Shown: positions 28,239 through 39,487, counted from the first letter of the stretch. The stretch is 64,000 bases of DNA from Candidatus Nanopelagicales bacterium (GCA_037045355.1 JBAOHO010000013.1:271443-335442); one strand, 5' to 3'. Notes: generated by a model from the letters alone, not told the origin. Program-made: numbers and translations.

Positions 28239-28934
28239 ATGACGCGTCCAACACAGGAAGCACCGCGACCGCTGTCCGATCTGGTGCACCCGGGTTGGCT
28301 GCCCATCCTCGATCCGGTCGCCGAACGCATCGCCGCCATGGGCGACTTCCTGCGGGCCGAACTGGCCGCGGGACGCGGCTACCTGCCGGCGGGAGCCAAT
28401 GTTCTGCGCGCATTCACCCGGGACCCGGCGGAGGTCTCGGTCCTGCTGATCGGTCAGGACCCGTACCCGACTCCGGGACACGCGGTCGGGTTGTCGTTCT
28501 CGGTCGCCGCCGAGGTACGCCCACTGCCGCGCAGTCTGGTCAACATCTTCCGCGAGTACTGCTCTGATCTCGACGTCCCCTCTCCTACCACCGGGGATCT
28601 GAGCCCGTGGTTCGAGCGAGGGGTGCTGTTGCTCAACAGGGTGCTGACCGTTCGGCCGGGAGCACCTGGGTCACACCGTGGCAAGGGATGGGAGGACGTC
28701 ACGGCGGCGGCCATCAGCGGCCTGGCTGCCCGGGACACGCCACTCGTTGCGATCCTCTGGGGGCGTGATGCGCAAAGCGCCCAACGTTTCCTCGGTGAGG
28801 TTCCGGTCATCGCCTCCGCGCACCCGAGCCCCTTGTCCGCCGATCGTGGCTTCTTCGGGTCTCGTCCGTTCAGTCGGGCCAACGATCTACTGGTGACTGC
28901 AGGCGGCTCGGCTGTCGACTGGCGTCTGCCATGA
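28239..28934 (+). CDS. ung: uracil-DNA glycosylase, family 1
   Basis: [17 protein letters not shown] water-activating loop, LLLN, HPSPLS. Confidence 0.9.
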   Translation: MTRPTQEAPRPLSDLVHPGWLPILDPVAERIAAMGDFLRAELAAGRGYLPAGANVLRAFTRDPAEVSVLLIGQDPYPTPGHAVGLSFSVAAEVRPLPRSLVNIFREYCSDLDVPSPTTGDLSPWFERGVLLLNRVLTVRPGAPGSHRGKGWEDVTAAAISGLAARDTPLVAILWGRDAQSAQRFLGEVPVIASAHPSPLSADRGFFGSRPFSRANDLLVTAGGSAVDWRLP

Positions 28935-30222
28935 CCCGTAGTTTCCTCGGAACACCGGCAACCGCTCCCGGTCCGCTGGGGCCCCAGATGCTGCGGTCCA
29001 CCATGATGATCCGACGGGACCCGCTGGCGTTCCTTGCGCAGATGCGTGACGACTACGGCGATGTGGTGCAGTTCCCCATCCCGCGTCCGGCGACGTACCT
29101 GGTGGCGTCTGCGTCTGCGACCCAGCAGGTGCTCGTGGGGCGCCCTGGCGGATACGACAAGGACACCATCCAGTACCGCTCGTTATCGCTCGTCACGGGC
29201 GATGGGCTGCTCACCGCGACCAATGACCACTGGCGCGGCCAGCGGCCCGTGGTGCAGCCCGCGTTCCATCATTCCTTCCTCCCGGCGGTCGGCGAGGTCG
29301 TCGCGCAGGAGACCGGATGGCTCATCGACCGTTGGGGGGACTACCGGCCGGCGCTGTCGTCGATGTCGAGCTGGCCATGATGGATCTGGCGCTTCGGGTC
29401 GTCGGCCGGTGCCTGTTCGCCGACGATCTCCGCGGCTCGACTGCGGCGTTGGCTCACGCGACGCTGGAGGCGCTCGACGTCGTGATCAAGCGCTCCCGGG
29501 TGCCGATCGCCATCCCGGCTGCGTGGCCGACTCCGGCCAACCGACGGCTGGACCGCAGCATGCGGGCTCTCGAATCGGCCGTCGAACGCCTGATGACGCA
29601 ACGGAACCCCGAGCCAGGGAGCACGCTGCTCCTCGACTTGATCCTCAGTCAACCGGACTGGAGCAGACGGCAGATGCGCGACCAGATCGTCACGTTCCTG
29701 GTTGCCGGCCACGAGACCGCCGCCAGCGCAATGACCTGGGCCCTGTGGCTCCTCGCCCGTGACCCCGACCGACAGGTTCCTCCGTCAGGAGTGTCAGCGG
29801 CGAACTACGCCCGCGCATGTGCCGAGGAGGCCCTGCGACTGTTCCCACCGGCATGGGTCATCAGTCGCAACGCCGTGTTGGCCGATGAGATCGAGGGGAT
29901 CGAGATCCCGGCCGGGGCGCTGGTGATCACCAGCCCCTTCCTGCTGCACCGGGACAGTCGTTACTGGCCGGATCCGGATCGGTTCGACCCCGGTCGGTTC
30001 GCCGACCGACTGGCAGCAGCCCAGCGGGCGGCCTACCTGCCCTTCGGCGCGGGGCCGAGACTATGCATCGGACGCGACTTCGCCCGCTGGGAAATGACCC
30101 AGGTCATCGAGCAGTTGCTGGCTGCGTTCGAGTGGTCCGTGGTGACGCCGCAGCCGCCGATGTTGCCGTCTGTCACCTTGCGTCCAGTCGGTGGACTGCA
30201 GCTGGCGATCAGTCGTCGGTGA
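28931..30222 (+). pseudogene. cytochrome P450, interrupted by a -1 frameshift in a G6 run
   Basis: Two ORFs (28931-29380 and 29317-30222) together give a full P450: AGHETA I-helix, EEALRL, FGAGPRLCIGRDFA heme loop. The frame switches at gggggg 29334-29339. The ATGA overlap with ung is at 28931. Confidence 0.8.
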
Positions 30223-30224
30223 AC

Positions 30225-30662
30225 TCACCGTCCGACGTTGACGTACTCGACCAGAGCGTTGCGCTCCTCTTCGAGTTCGCCGAGTCGGCTCTTGACGACG
30301 TCGCCGATGCTCACGATCCCGATGATGTGTTCGTCGCTGTCCAGCACTGGGACGTGGCGTACCCGTGAGGTGGTCATGAGTCCCATGAGATCGGCGGTCG
30401 TGGCCGATGGGGGCGCGCAGGTGACGGTCGGCGTCATGATGCTGGAAACCGGCTGTTCGAGGATCGCAGCCCCACCCGTCGCGAGGTGGCGTACGACATC
30501 GCGTTCGGAGACGATGCCGACGACCGTCTGGCCGTCGTCGGACACCACCAGGGCGCCGATGTTGAACTGAGCGAGTTTCGCCAACAGTTCCGTGACGGTG
30601 GCGCTGGGTCGGACAGTCTCCACGGCATTGCCCTTTGACTGCAGGACATGTTCGAGTTTCAT
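30225..30662 (-). CDS. CBS domain pair protein
   Basis: 145 aa with two CBS-like halves (IGALVVSDDGQTVVGIVSERDV, VRHVPVLDSDEHIIGIVSIGDV). Confidence 0.85.
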   Translation of the reverse strand: MKLEHVLQSKGNAVETVRPSATVTELLAKLAQFNIGALVVSDDGQTVVGIVSERDVVRHLATGGAAILEQPVSSIMTPTVTCAPPSATTADLMGLMTTSRVRHVPVLDSDEHIIGIVSIGDVVKSRLGELEEERNALVEYVNVGR

Positions 30663-30695
30663 GGGTCCGGCCTTTCGTGGGTCGATGGGCGCAGG

Positions 30696-31493
30696 TTACT
30701 CAGTGGGGACGTCGGTGCGCAGCACCCGGAGGACTTCTTCATGCAAATGTCCGTTGGTCGTAACAGCGCAGCCCCCGGTGATGGCGTCGCCACCGTCGTA
30801 GGCGGTCATGCGGCCACCGCTCTCGGTCACGATCGGCACGAGTGCGGCCATGTCCCACGGAGCCAGAAACGGTTCCGCCGCGATGTCGACAGCCCCCTCG
30901 GCCACGAGGGCATGCGACAGGAAGTCGCCGTAGCCCCGGGTGCGCCAACACGTGTCGATCAGGGCCCGCAGACCCGGCCAGGAACCGCGCTCCCGCCAGC
31001 CCAGCTCGTCCGAATAGGAGAACGAGGCATCGCTCAACTGACTCACCGCGCTGCACGTCAGGGAGCGCACAGTGTCATCGACATCGCGGGTGTGCGCACC
31101 TGATCCGGCGGCGGCCCACCACCGTCGGCCGAGCGCCGGCGCCGAAGCGACACCGACAACAGGTTCGCCTGCCTCGACGAGCGCCAGCAGCGTGCACCAG
31201 ACAGGCACTCCGCGCAGGTAGTTCTTGGTGCCGTCGATCGGGTCGATGATCCACTGCCGCGATGTGTCGCCGGCGGATCCGAACTCCTCGCCGAGGATGC
31301 TGTCATCCGGCCGGTGGGTGCTCAGCATGGTCCGAATGGTCTGCTCGGCGCGTTGGTCGGCTTCGGTCACCGGCGACATGTCCGGCTTGGTCTCCACGTG
31401 CAGGTCGCCAGCGAGATAGCGCGACATCGTCACCTCGTCGGCAGCGTCCGCGATCCGCAGCGCGAGTGTGAGGTCGTCGTCCCATCGGTTCAC
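30696..31493 (-). CDS. hisN: inositol monophosphatase family protein, likely histidinol-phosphatase
   Basis: GTG at 31493 (VNRWDDDLTLALRIAD). Motifs: ETKPDMSPVTEAD, WIIDPIDGTKNY, WDMAA. The GTGA overlap with the upstream stop is at 31490-31493. The upstream part of the ORF-track frame is translated repeat sequence. Confidence 0.8.
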   Translation of the reverse strand: MNRWDDDLTLALRIADAADEVTMSRYLAGDLHVETKPDMSPVTEADQRAEQTIRTMLSTHRPDDSILGEEFGSAGDTSRQWIIDPIDGTKNYLRGVPVWCTLLALVEAGEPVVGVASAPALGRRWWAAAGSGAHTRDVDDTVRSLTCSAVSQLSDASFSYSDELGWRERGSWPGLRALIDTCWRTRGYGDFLSHALVAEGAVDIAAEPFLAPWDMAALVPIVTESGGRMTAYDGGDAITGGCAVTTNGHLHEEVLRVLRTDVPTE

Positions 31494-33019
31494 GATGTGG
31501 ATCCGTTCTCGTGGGTGGGGGATCCGTGCTCGTGGGTGGGGGATCCGTGCTCGTGGGTGGGGGATCCGTGCTCGTGGGTGGGGGATCCGTGCTCGTGGGT
31601 GGGGGATCCGTGCTCGTGGGTGGGGGATCCGTGCTCGTGGGTGAGGGATCCGTGCTCGTGGGTGAGGGATCCGTATTCGGCGAGGAAGAGCGCCTGGGCG
31701 CGGATCGAGCGTTCGAGTTCGGTCAGGTCGACACTCTCGTTCGGGGCGTGGATCCGGGCCAGGGGGTCCTGGGCGCCGGTCCCGACGACTTCGAGGTCGG
31801 GGAACTCGTCGATCAGGTTGGCGAGGAACGGGACCGCACCGCCGACGCCCTGCTCGGTCGGTTCGGTGCCGTAGGCGGCTCGCATGGCGCGGGCATAGGC
31901 CTGGTAGGCGCGACCGCCCGTCGCGACGAGTGTCCCGGGCGCGGGGGCGTCGTGCTCGAACTGGATGGCCAGGCCCCACGGGGCGTGGCTGCGCAGATGC
32001 TGCTCGAGCGCTGCCATCGCGTCGTTGGGATCCACCCCGGCGGGAATCCGGACACTCACCTTCGCCCGGGCCATCGGGACCAGGGCGTTGGGGGCGGTGT
32101 CGACAGGGGGAGCGTCCAACCCGACCACGTTGACGGAGGGTCGGGAGAACAGCCGGGAGGCGATCGAACCGGAGCCGATGAGCGGGACGTCGGGCAGGAC
32201 TCCGGCCACCGCCCGGTAGGCCTGCTCCGGATAGTCGGCGCCGGGCCAGTCACTGCCCGGAATACCGTCGATCGCGCAATCACCGTTGTCGTCCACGAGT
32301 GTGCTGAGCAGTGTGATGAGCGCCATGAGCGCGTCGGGCGCCGGGCCGCCGCACATGCCGCTATGCCGGGGCTCGGCGAGAGTTCGCACGGTGACCACGC
32401 CGTCGACGATGCCGCGCAGGGCGGTCGTGAACGTGGGGAGTCCCAACTCGACAGGTCCCATGTCGTTGATCACGGCGGCGTCGATACCCGCGAACTGGTC
32501 GGGGTGCGTGCGTGGCCATTCCTCGAAAGCGCCCCCGAACTCCTCGGCCCCTTCGAGCAGGATCCGCAGTGTCACCGGTGGGGTCGCGCCGAATGCCCGC
32601 ACGCAGGCGATGTGCGTCACGACACCGGACTTGTCGTCAGCGGCGCCGCGCCCGTAGAGGCGGCCGGCCCGCTCGGTGGGATCGAACGGTGGGGAGTCCC
32701 ACTTGGTGTCGTCCCCCCCGGGTTGAACGTCGTAGTGGGAGTAGAGCAGAACGGTGGGGGCTCCGGGGGGGCCGGGCAGGTCGGCGCGAACCGTGGGAGC
32801 GTCCTCGGGGCCGCCGATCACTTCGACATCGGCCCCAGCTGCGCGCAGGAGTTCCGCGCACGCGTCGGCGCACTCGCGGACCGGGGCGGGATCGTAGCCC
32901 GGGCCGTTGATCGAGGGGATGCGCACGAGTCGTTCCAGGTCCGCTCGAACCTGGGGCATCAGCGAAGAGATGCGGTCGAACAACTCATGGGAATCTGTGC
33001 TGGAAGAGTTTGAGGCCAT
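31490..33019 (-). CDS. M20-family dipeptidase with C-terminal His-rich heptad-repeat tail
   Basis: ATG at 33019 (MASNSSSTDSHELF). LLYSHYDVQP and GRGAADDKSG motifs. The last 60 or so residues are 8 x GS(L/P)THE(H/N), encoded by the 21-bp array. Confidence 0.8.
   Translation of the reverse strand: MASNSSSTDSHELFDRISSLMPQVRADLERLVRIPSINGPGYDPAPVRECADACAELLRAAGADVEVIGGPEDAPTVRADLPGPPGAPTVLLYSHYDVQPGGDDTKWDSPPFDPTERAGRLYGRGAADDKSGVVTHIACVRAFGATPPVTLRILLEGAEEFGGAFEEWPRTHPDQFAGIDAAVINDMGPVELGLPTFTTALRGIVDGVVTVRTLAEPRHSGMCGGPAPDALMALITLLSTLVDDNGDCAIDGIPGSDWPGADYPEQAYRAVAGVLPDVPLIGSGSIASRLFSRPSVNVVGLDAPPVDTAPNALVPMARAKVSVRIPAGVDPNDAMAALEQHLRSHAPWGLAIQFEHDAPAPGTLVATGGRAYQAYARAMRAAYGTEPTEQGVGGAVPFLANLIDEFPDLEVVGTGAQDPLARIHAPNESVDLTELERSIRAQALFLAEYGSLTHEHGSLTHEHGSPTHEHGSPTHEHGSPTHEHGSPTHEHGSPTHEHGSPTHENGSTS
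31499..31680. repeat. 21-bp tandem repeat, 8 copies plus partial (ggatccgtgctcgtgggtggg)
   Basis: Direct reading gives units at 31499, 31520, 31541, 31562, 31583, 31604, 31625 and 31646, with a degenerate copy from 31667. Confidence 0.95.
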
Positions 33020-33068
33020 GGTCGCCACGCTAATGAGCGGTCCGTCGGGTCGCCAGTGAGCCGGCCGG

Positions 33069-34067
33069 TCAAGTTGCCAGGGAGCGCAGCATCCGCCGCA
33101 CCGAGTCGAGTCGGGCGACGCCGTCCGGGCCCGCGTTGCCCCCTGCCACCCAGGCATCGAGACCGCAGTGCGGCGGTTCGTGGTCGCAGCCGCGCGGGCA
33201 GTCGATCTCGCCGGCGGCGAGTTCGCCGAACGCTGCGACCACGTCCTCCGGATCCACATGGCCCAGCCCGAAGCTGCGCAGACCCGGGGTGTCGATGATC
33301 CAACCGCCACCCGGCAGCCGCAGTCCCACCGCGGACGTCGACGTATGTCGTCCGCGACCGGTGACCGCGTTGACCGATCCGATGTCCCGGTCGGCGTCGG
33401 GGACCAGACGGTTCACGAGGGTGGACTTGCCGACCCCCGATTGTCCGATGAGCACCGTGACGTGTCCGGCGAGCCGCTGCGCCAACTCGTCAGCAGGCTG
33501 TGCGCGGGTTGTCGCGATTGCCGCGAGGCCGAGTGGAGCATAGGCATCGGCCAGAGCGGAGGCCGGACTCAGGTCTGTTTTCGTGACGATCAGCAGCGGG
33601 GTGAGCCCGGCCGTGTAGGCGGCCACCAGGCAGCGGTCGATGAAGCCTTCGCGCGGCTCCGGCTCGGCGGCGGCGACGACGATTCCCAGGGTGTCCGCGT
33701 TGGCCACGACGACACGTTCGACCGGGTCAGTGTCGTCAGGTGTGCGCCGCAGGGCGGTGCGTCGGGGTTCCAGCCGAACGATGCGGGCGAGGGTCCCCGG
33801 TTCCCCTGTCAGGTCGCCCACGAGTGCCACGCGGTCACCCACCACGACCGACCTCCGGCCGAGTTCACGTGCGCGCACCGCCGTGACCACTGCCGATCCG
33901 GCTCCCAGGTCGACGGTGAGTCGACCCCGATCGACTGCGACGACGAGTCCGACCGTGGCGTCGTCATGAGCTGGTCGTTCCTTGGAACGGGGTCGGGAGC
34001 TGCGCCCAGGACGGACCCGGACGTCGTCTTCGCTGTACTCGTGAGACGCGTTGCGGGACCGGGACAC
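33069..34067 (-). CDS. rsgA: ribosome small-subunit-dependent GTPase A (RsgA) portion; no stop separates it from aroA
   Basis: Candidate internal GTG at 34067. EDDVRVRPGRSSRPRSKERP N-terminus, GQSGVGKSTLVN P-loop, DTPG, Cys/His zinc knuckle CPRGCDHEPPHCG. 332 aa from the GTG. Confidence 0.8.
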   Translation of the reverse strand: MSRSRNASHEYSEDDVRVRPGRSSRPRSKERPAHDDATVGLVVAVDRGRLTVDLGAGSAVVTAVRARELGRRSVVVGDRVALVGDLTGEPGTLARIVRLEPRRTALRRTPDDTDPVERVVVANADTLGIVVAAAEPEPREGFIDRCLVAAYTAGLTPLLIVTKTDLSPASALADAYAPLGLAAIATTRAQPADELAQRLAGHVTVLIGQSGVGKSTLVNRLVPDADRDIGSVNAVTGRGRHTSTSAVGLRLPGGGWIIDTPGLRSFGLGHVDPEDVVAAFGELAAGEIDCPRGCDHEPPHCGLDAWVAGGNAGPDGVARLDSVRRMLRSLAT

Positions 34068-35363
34068 TAGTTGCCGGGCTCCGGTTACGGCGTGTGCCCA
34101 CGCAGTGGAGAATCCTGGGAACGTCTTGGCGGTGGTCGCAACGTCTTCGATCAGGACCCCCGGTACGCGAGCTCCGAGGATCGCGCCGCACGTGGCCATC
34201 CGGTGGTCGCTGTAGGTCGACCAGAGGCCCCCGTGCAGGCGCGCGGGACGGATGGTCAGTCCGTCGCTGTCGGCATGCACGTCGCCTCCGAGGGCGTTGA
34301 GTTGACCGGCGATCGCCCGGAGCCGATCGGTCTCGTGCCCCGCGATGTGACCGATCCCGGACAACCGTGACGGGGAGTCGGCGAGCGCGGCCACCGCGGC
34401 GATCGTGGGGACGAGTTCGCCCAGGTCGCGTAGGTCGGCGTCGACTCCGCTGATCGCTCCCGTCCCGGTGATCGACATACCGTCGGGACCGGAGTCGAAG
34501 CGAGCACCCATGTCGATGAACACCTCCCGCAACTGCCGGTCAGGTTGCAGGCTGTCGCTCGGCCAGTCGGGGACCTCGATGCGTCCATGGGTGATCAGGG
34601 CGAGTGCCGCGAACGGCGCGGCATTGGACAGATCGGGTTCGACGGTCCGATCGAGGGCGCGGATCGGACCCGCCGTCACCGACCAGTCTGCGTTCGTGCG
34701 GTCCGATGCGTGCGCGTCGGTGGCCACCCCGTGCTGATTGAGCATGCGCATCGTCATGGCGATGTGGGGCAGCGAGGGAATCGGCGCGCCCCGATGGCGC
34801 ACAGTCACGCCCCGATCGAACCTCGCGCCGGACAGGAGCAGCGCGCTGACCACCTGGCTGGTGGTCGAGGCATCGACATCGACGACGCCACCGGGCACAT
34901 GACCGATGCCGTGCACCGTGAAGGGAAGCCGGGTGGCATCGGCAGCGATGCGGATGCCCAGGCTCCGAAGCGCTGCCAGAAGCGCTGCCATCGGGCGCTC
35001 CCGGGCCCGGGGATCGCCGTCGAAGTGGACATCCGCACTCGTCAGGGCTGCCACGGGGGGGACGAAACGCATGACGGTCCCGGCCAGTCCACACTCCACC
35101 GACACCGCGCTCGTCGCAGTGCCGGGCGTTACGGTGACCGAGGTCTCGGGGGATCCCGCCACCTCGGCCCCGAGGGCTCGCAGCGCTGTGAGCATCAGGT
35201 CGAGATCGCGGGACCCGGCGGGAAGCCCCGCGACGGATGATGTCCCGTCGGACAGCGCCGCCAGCAGCAACGCCCGGTTGGCAACGGACTTCGAACCGGG
35301 CACCGTGACCCGCGCGTCCACCGGCCCGTTGGCCGTGGGAGCGGGCCAAGGATCTGTCACCAC
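34068..35363 (-). CDS. aroA: 3-phosphoshikimate 1-carboxyvinyltransferase (EPSP synthase) portion of a 764-codon continuous ORF
   Basis: GTG at 35363. VPGSKSVANRALLLAAL, conserved body through TAKTFPGF. The frame then runs on into rsgA with no stop. Confidence 0.85.
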
Positions 35364-35489
35364 TTGCCTAACTCCGCGGAGACGTTGCCTAACTCCGCGG
35401 AGACGTTGCCTAACTCCGCGGAGACGTTGCCTAACTCCGCGGAGACGGTGCCAAGCTCCGGGGTGAGAGTGCCGGATTCCGGAGTGATG
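35364..35489. repeat. 21-bp tandem repeat, 4 perfect + 2 degenerate copies (ttgcctaactccgcggagacg)
   Basis: Units at 35364, 35385, 35406 and 35427, with degenerate copies at 35448 and 35469. The array abuts the aroA start codon, and the proximal copy supplies GGAG 8 nt upstream of the GTG. Confidence 0.95.
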
Positions 35490-35760
35490 GCGGCGGGCTT
35501 GATCACGGCACCGAACAGCGTCATCCGCAGGCGTTCGTCCTCCACCACGGGGGTGAGCCTATCCGGGCCGAACCCCATCGCGAGGGTGCTCGCGAAGGCC
35601 GGAATCGGCTGGTGAGGTTAACCTTTGTTGAACCCCCGACCCCGGAGCGGCTTCCGGCCCGGTGATCGGGCAGGATAGAAGCACGGCGTTTGCGATCACG
35701 GATCGATGCCGCTACGGGTGCACGCCGCGCCTGCATGCATCGTGTGGAGACGGAGTAGAA

Positions 35761-37608
<1,848 letters not shown>

Positions 37609-37611
37609 CCT

Positions 37612-38916
37612 GTGCCCCGGCTGATCGCCCTGGGTGGCTCCGTCACCGTCGCGGCGCTGCTCTTGACGACTGCCGGAGCCCAGGCGGGCGGGTCGTGGGG
37701 TCGGGCCAAGGTGCTCGACCGCGAACGGGTCGGTCCTCCCTCTGTCGCCACCGCCGAGAAGAAGGGCGCCGCCAGCGCGAGCTGGATCGATGACAGGGGC
37801 CAGGCTTTCGTCGTCAGATTCCGCAACAGCAAGTGGGAGGCCCCGGAACGGTTCGGCGAGCGTGGCAAGGTGGCCGACTTGAACGTCCTCGAGTCCGACG
37901 ACGGGTCCCGCGCGTTGGCGGTCTGGGCCCGGGTGCGCCCCAACGGAAAACTGCGTGCTGTCATGGCGGCCGGGCGCACCGGAACCCGGTGGGGTCGTGC
38001 CGAAGTAGTGATGTCGGGCGCGAACTACCGCGGTATCGACGTATCCCTCTCCAGCGATGGTGAGCGGGCGGTCGCGGTGGTGGAGGCCGGCGTCGCCGGT
38101 GACCCGCGGCAGTCGGCGTTGTACTCGGCGACCATGCGCGGGTCTCAGTGGGCGAAGCCTCACCTGATCACCCAGCAGGGCGAGATCTCCGATGTTCACC
38201 TCGTGATGGACCCGTCAGCGGCCCGCAGTGTCTTGGCGTATCAGGTGGCTCCACCACAAGGTGGTGGTGAGCGGATCGTCGTCCGGGACGGTTCTCCGGC
38301 CAAGTGGTCTGCGGAGCAGACCGTGGCGACGGGCAGTCGCGAGTACGACAGTCTTTTCCTCGCGGACGCTGCGCTGGGCGGTGACACCGTCATGGTGGGC
38401 TGGGGGAGGACTGACGACGAGGCCGACCGCCAAGCGAGCGTGTCCGTTCGCACAGCCGGTAACTGGAGTGTTCAGTCGCTGAGCCCGCAACCGGTCAACC
38501 AGATCTCCGTCGGGGTCGCGAACAACGGCACCTCTGGACTCGCGGTGTTCCAGGAACGGGACCCGCTCGGAACCATGGCTGCCCGAGCGCAGAGTTGGAC
38601 ATCGGGTACCTGGGGCGCGCCGGTCACAATCGGGTCCGATACCGCCGGACTCGGGGTCTCGGACACCCGGCTGGTGATGAGCCGTTCCGGAGCCCACGCG
38701 ACCGCCACATGGCTGGCCGTGGACGAATGCTGTGGCCGGGTGCTTCACTCCGCCGACTACCGGGTGGGCAGTGGCTGGACCGGCGACCAGAGGGTCTCCC
38801 AGAGGTCGGTGCGCTCCTACGCCGTGGCGTCCGCGCGCCAAGGTCGGCGGGTGGTGGCGGTCTTCGATCACCCCGCCGACAAGCCGACTATCGAAGCGGT
38901 CGTCAAGGCAGGCTGA
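37612..38916 (+). CDS. secreted hypothetical protein with seven Trp-centred repeats (beta-propeller-like)
   Basis: GTG start and signal peptide (LIALGGSVTVAALLLTTAGAQA). SKWEAP, TRWGRA, SQWAKP, AKWSAE, GNWSVQ, GTWGAP and SGWTGD recur roughly every 45-75 aa. Confidence 0.55.
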   Translation: MPRLIALGGSVTVAALLLTTAGAQAGGSWGRAKVLDRERVGPPSVATAEKKGAASASWIDDRGQAFVVRFRNSKWEAPERFGERGKVADLNVLESDDGSRALAVWARVRPNGKLRAVMAAGRTGTRWGRAEVVMSGANYRGIDVSLSSDGERAVAVVEAGVAGDPRQSALYSATMRGSQWAKPHLITQQGEISDVHLVMDPSAARSVLAYQVAPPQGGGERIVVRDGSPAKWSAEQTVATGSREYDSLFLADAALGGDTVMVGWGRTDDEADRQASVSVRTAGNWSVQSLSPQPVNQISVGVANNGTSGLAVFQERDPLGTMAARAQSWTSGTWGAPVTIGSDTAGLGVSDTRLVMSRSGAHATATWLAVDECCGRVLHSADYRVGSGWTGDQRVSQRSVRSYAVASARQGRRVVAVFDHPADKPTIEAVVKAG

Positions 38917-39126
38917 TCCGCGCTGATCCGCGGCGGTCGGCGACCGCTCGGCCAACCCCGAATCCACCGATCCTTCGGCTACTGCGCGCCACCATCGGGG
39001 CGCCCTGGCGGCGTTGCAGCCGCTCACCAGTGGCCCACACTGCCGTCGCGAGTGCGCCTTGCCATCGCACCCCGCTGGTGACCCTCGCTACTCCGAGAAT
39101 CGGTAGATCCGGGCTAGCCTAACGTC

Positions 39127-39438
39127 GTGGGTACCTTTACCACCGCTCTTCAGGTGGTCCTGGCATACGGTTCTCTGATCGTCTTGATCTGGGCATTCGT
39201 CGATGCCCTGCGTTTCTCGAAGACCGACTACAAGATTGCCGACCGCATGCCCCGGATGGCCTGGCTGATCATCCTCGGATTCTGCTTCGCGATGCTGCTG
39301 TGGCTGGGGGGATGGCGCCCCGATGAACCGTTCGGGCCGCGCAGCATCATGTGGTTCGCGAGCATGTTGGTCGTCGCTGTGTACTTCTACGACATGCGCC
39401 CCAAACTCATGAACGCTCGCATCGAGCGCAACCGCTGA
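39127..39438 (+). CDS. DUF2516-family membrane protein
   Basis: 103 aa. LIVLIWAFVDALRFSKTDYKIADRMPRMAWLIILG is typical of DUF2516. Confidence 0.7.
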   Translation: MGTFTTALQVVLAYGSLIVLIWAFVDALRFSKTDYKIADRMPRMAWLIILGFCFAMLLWLGGWRPDEPFGPRSIMWFASMLVVAVYFYDMRPKLMNARIERNR

Positions 39439-39442
39439 TCTG

Positions 39443-39461
39443 ATCCGGGCTGAACCCGGAT
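39443..39461. terminator. short hairpin between convergent genes
   Basis: atccggg ctgaa cccggat forms a 7-bp stem. No U-tract. Confidence 0.3.
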
Positions 39462-39487
39462 TCACCGACCTGGCCGTCCGAGCACCT

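Noticed and set aside
31499-31680. Tandem arrays (this one and those at 2294, 14171, 35364, 52986, 61392) as CRISPR arrays
   Set aside because: The units are directly adjacent with no unique spacers, the periods are 7-24 bp, and no cas genes are present. They are simple tandem repeats.
31494-31979. Upstream extension of the hisN ORF (RARIPHP repeats, Arg/Pro-rich)
   Set aside because: It overlaps the M20 gene 3' end in another frame. Conserved HisN sequence begins at the GTG at 31493.
31511-33013. 500-codon plus-strand ORF starting in the 21-bp array
   Set aside because: It is antisense to the M20 dipeptidase and has no recognisable motifs.
35357-35578. 73-codon ORF translating the 21-bp array as VSAELGN heptads
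   Set aside because: It has no recognisable family, no clear SD and lies in a divergent promoter region. I kept it as a note under the array finding rather than as a CDS.
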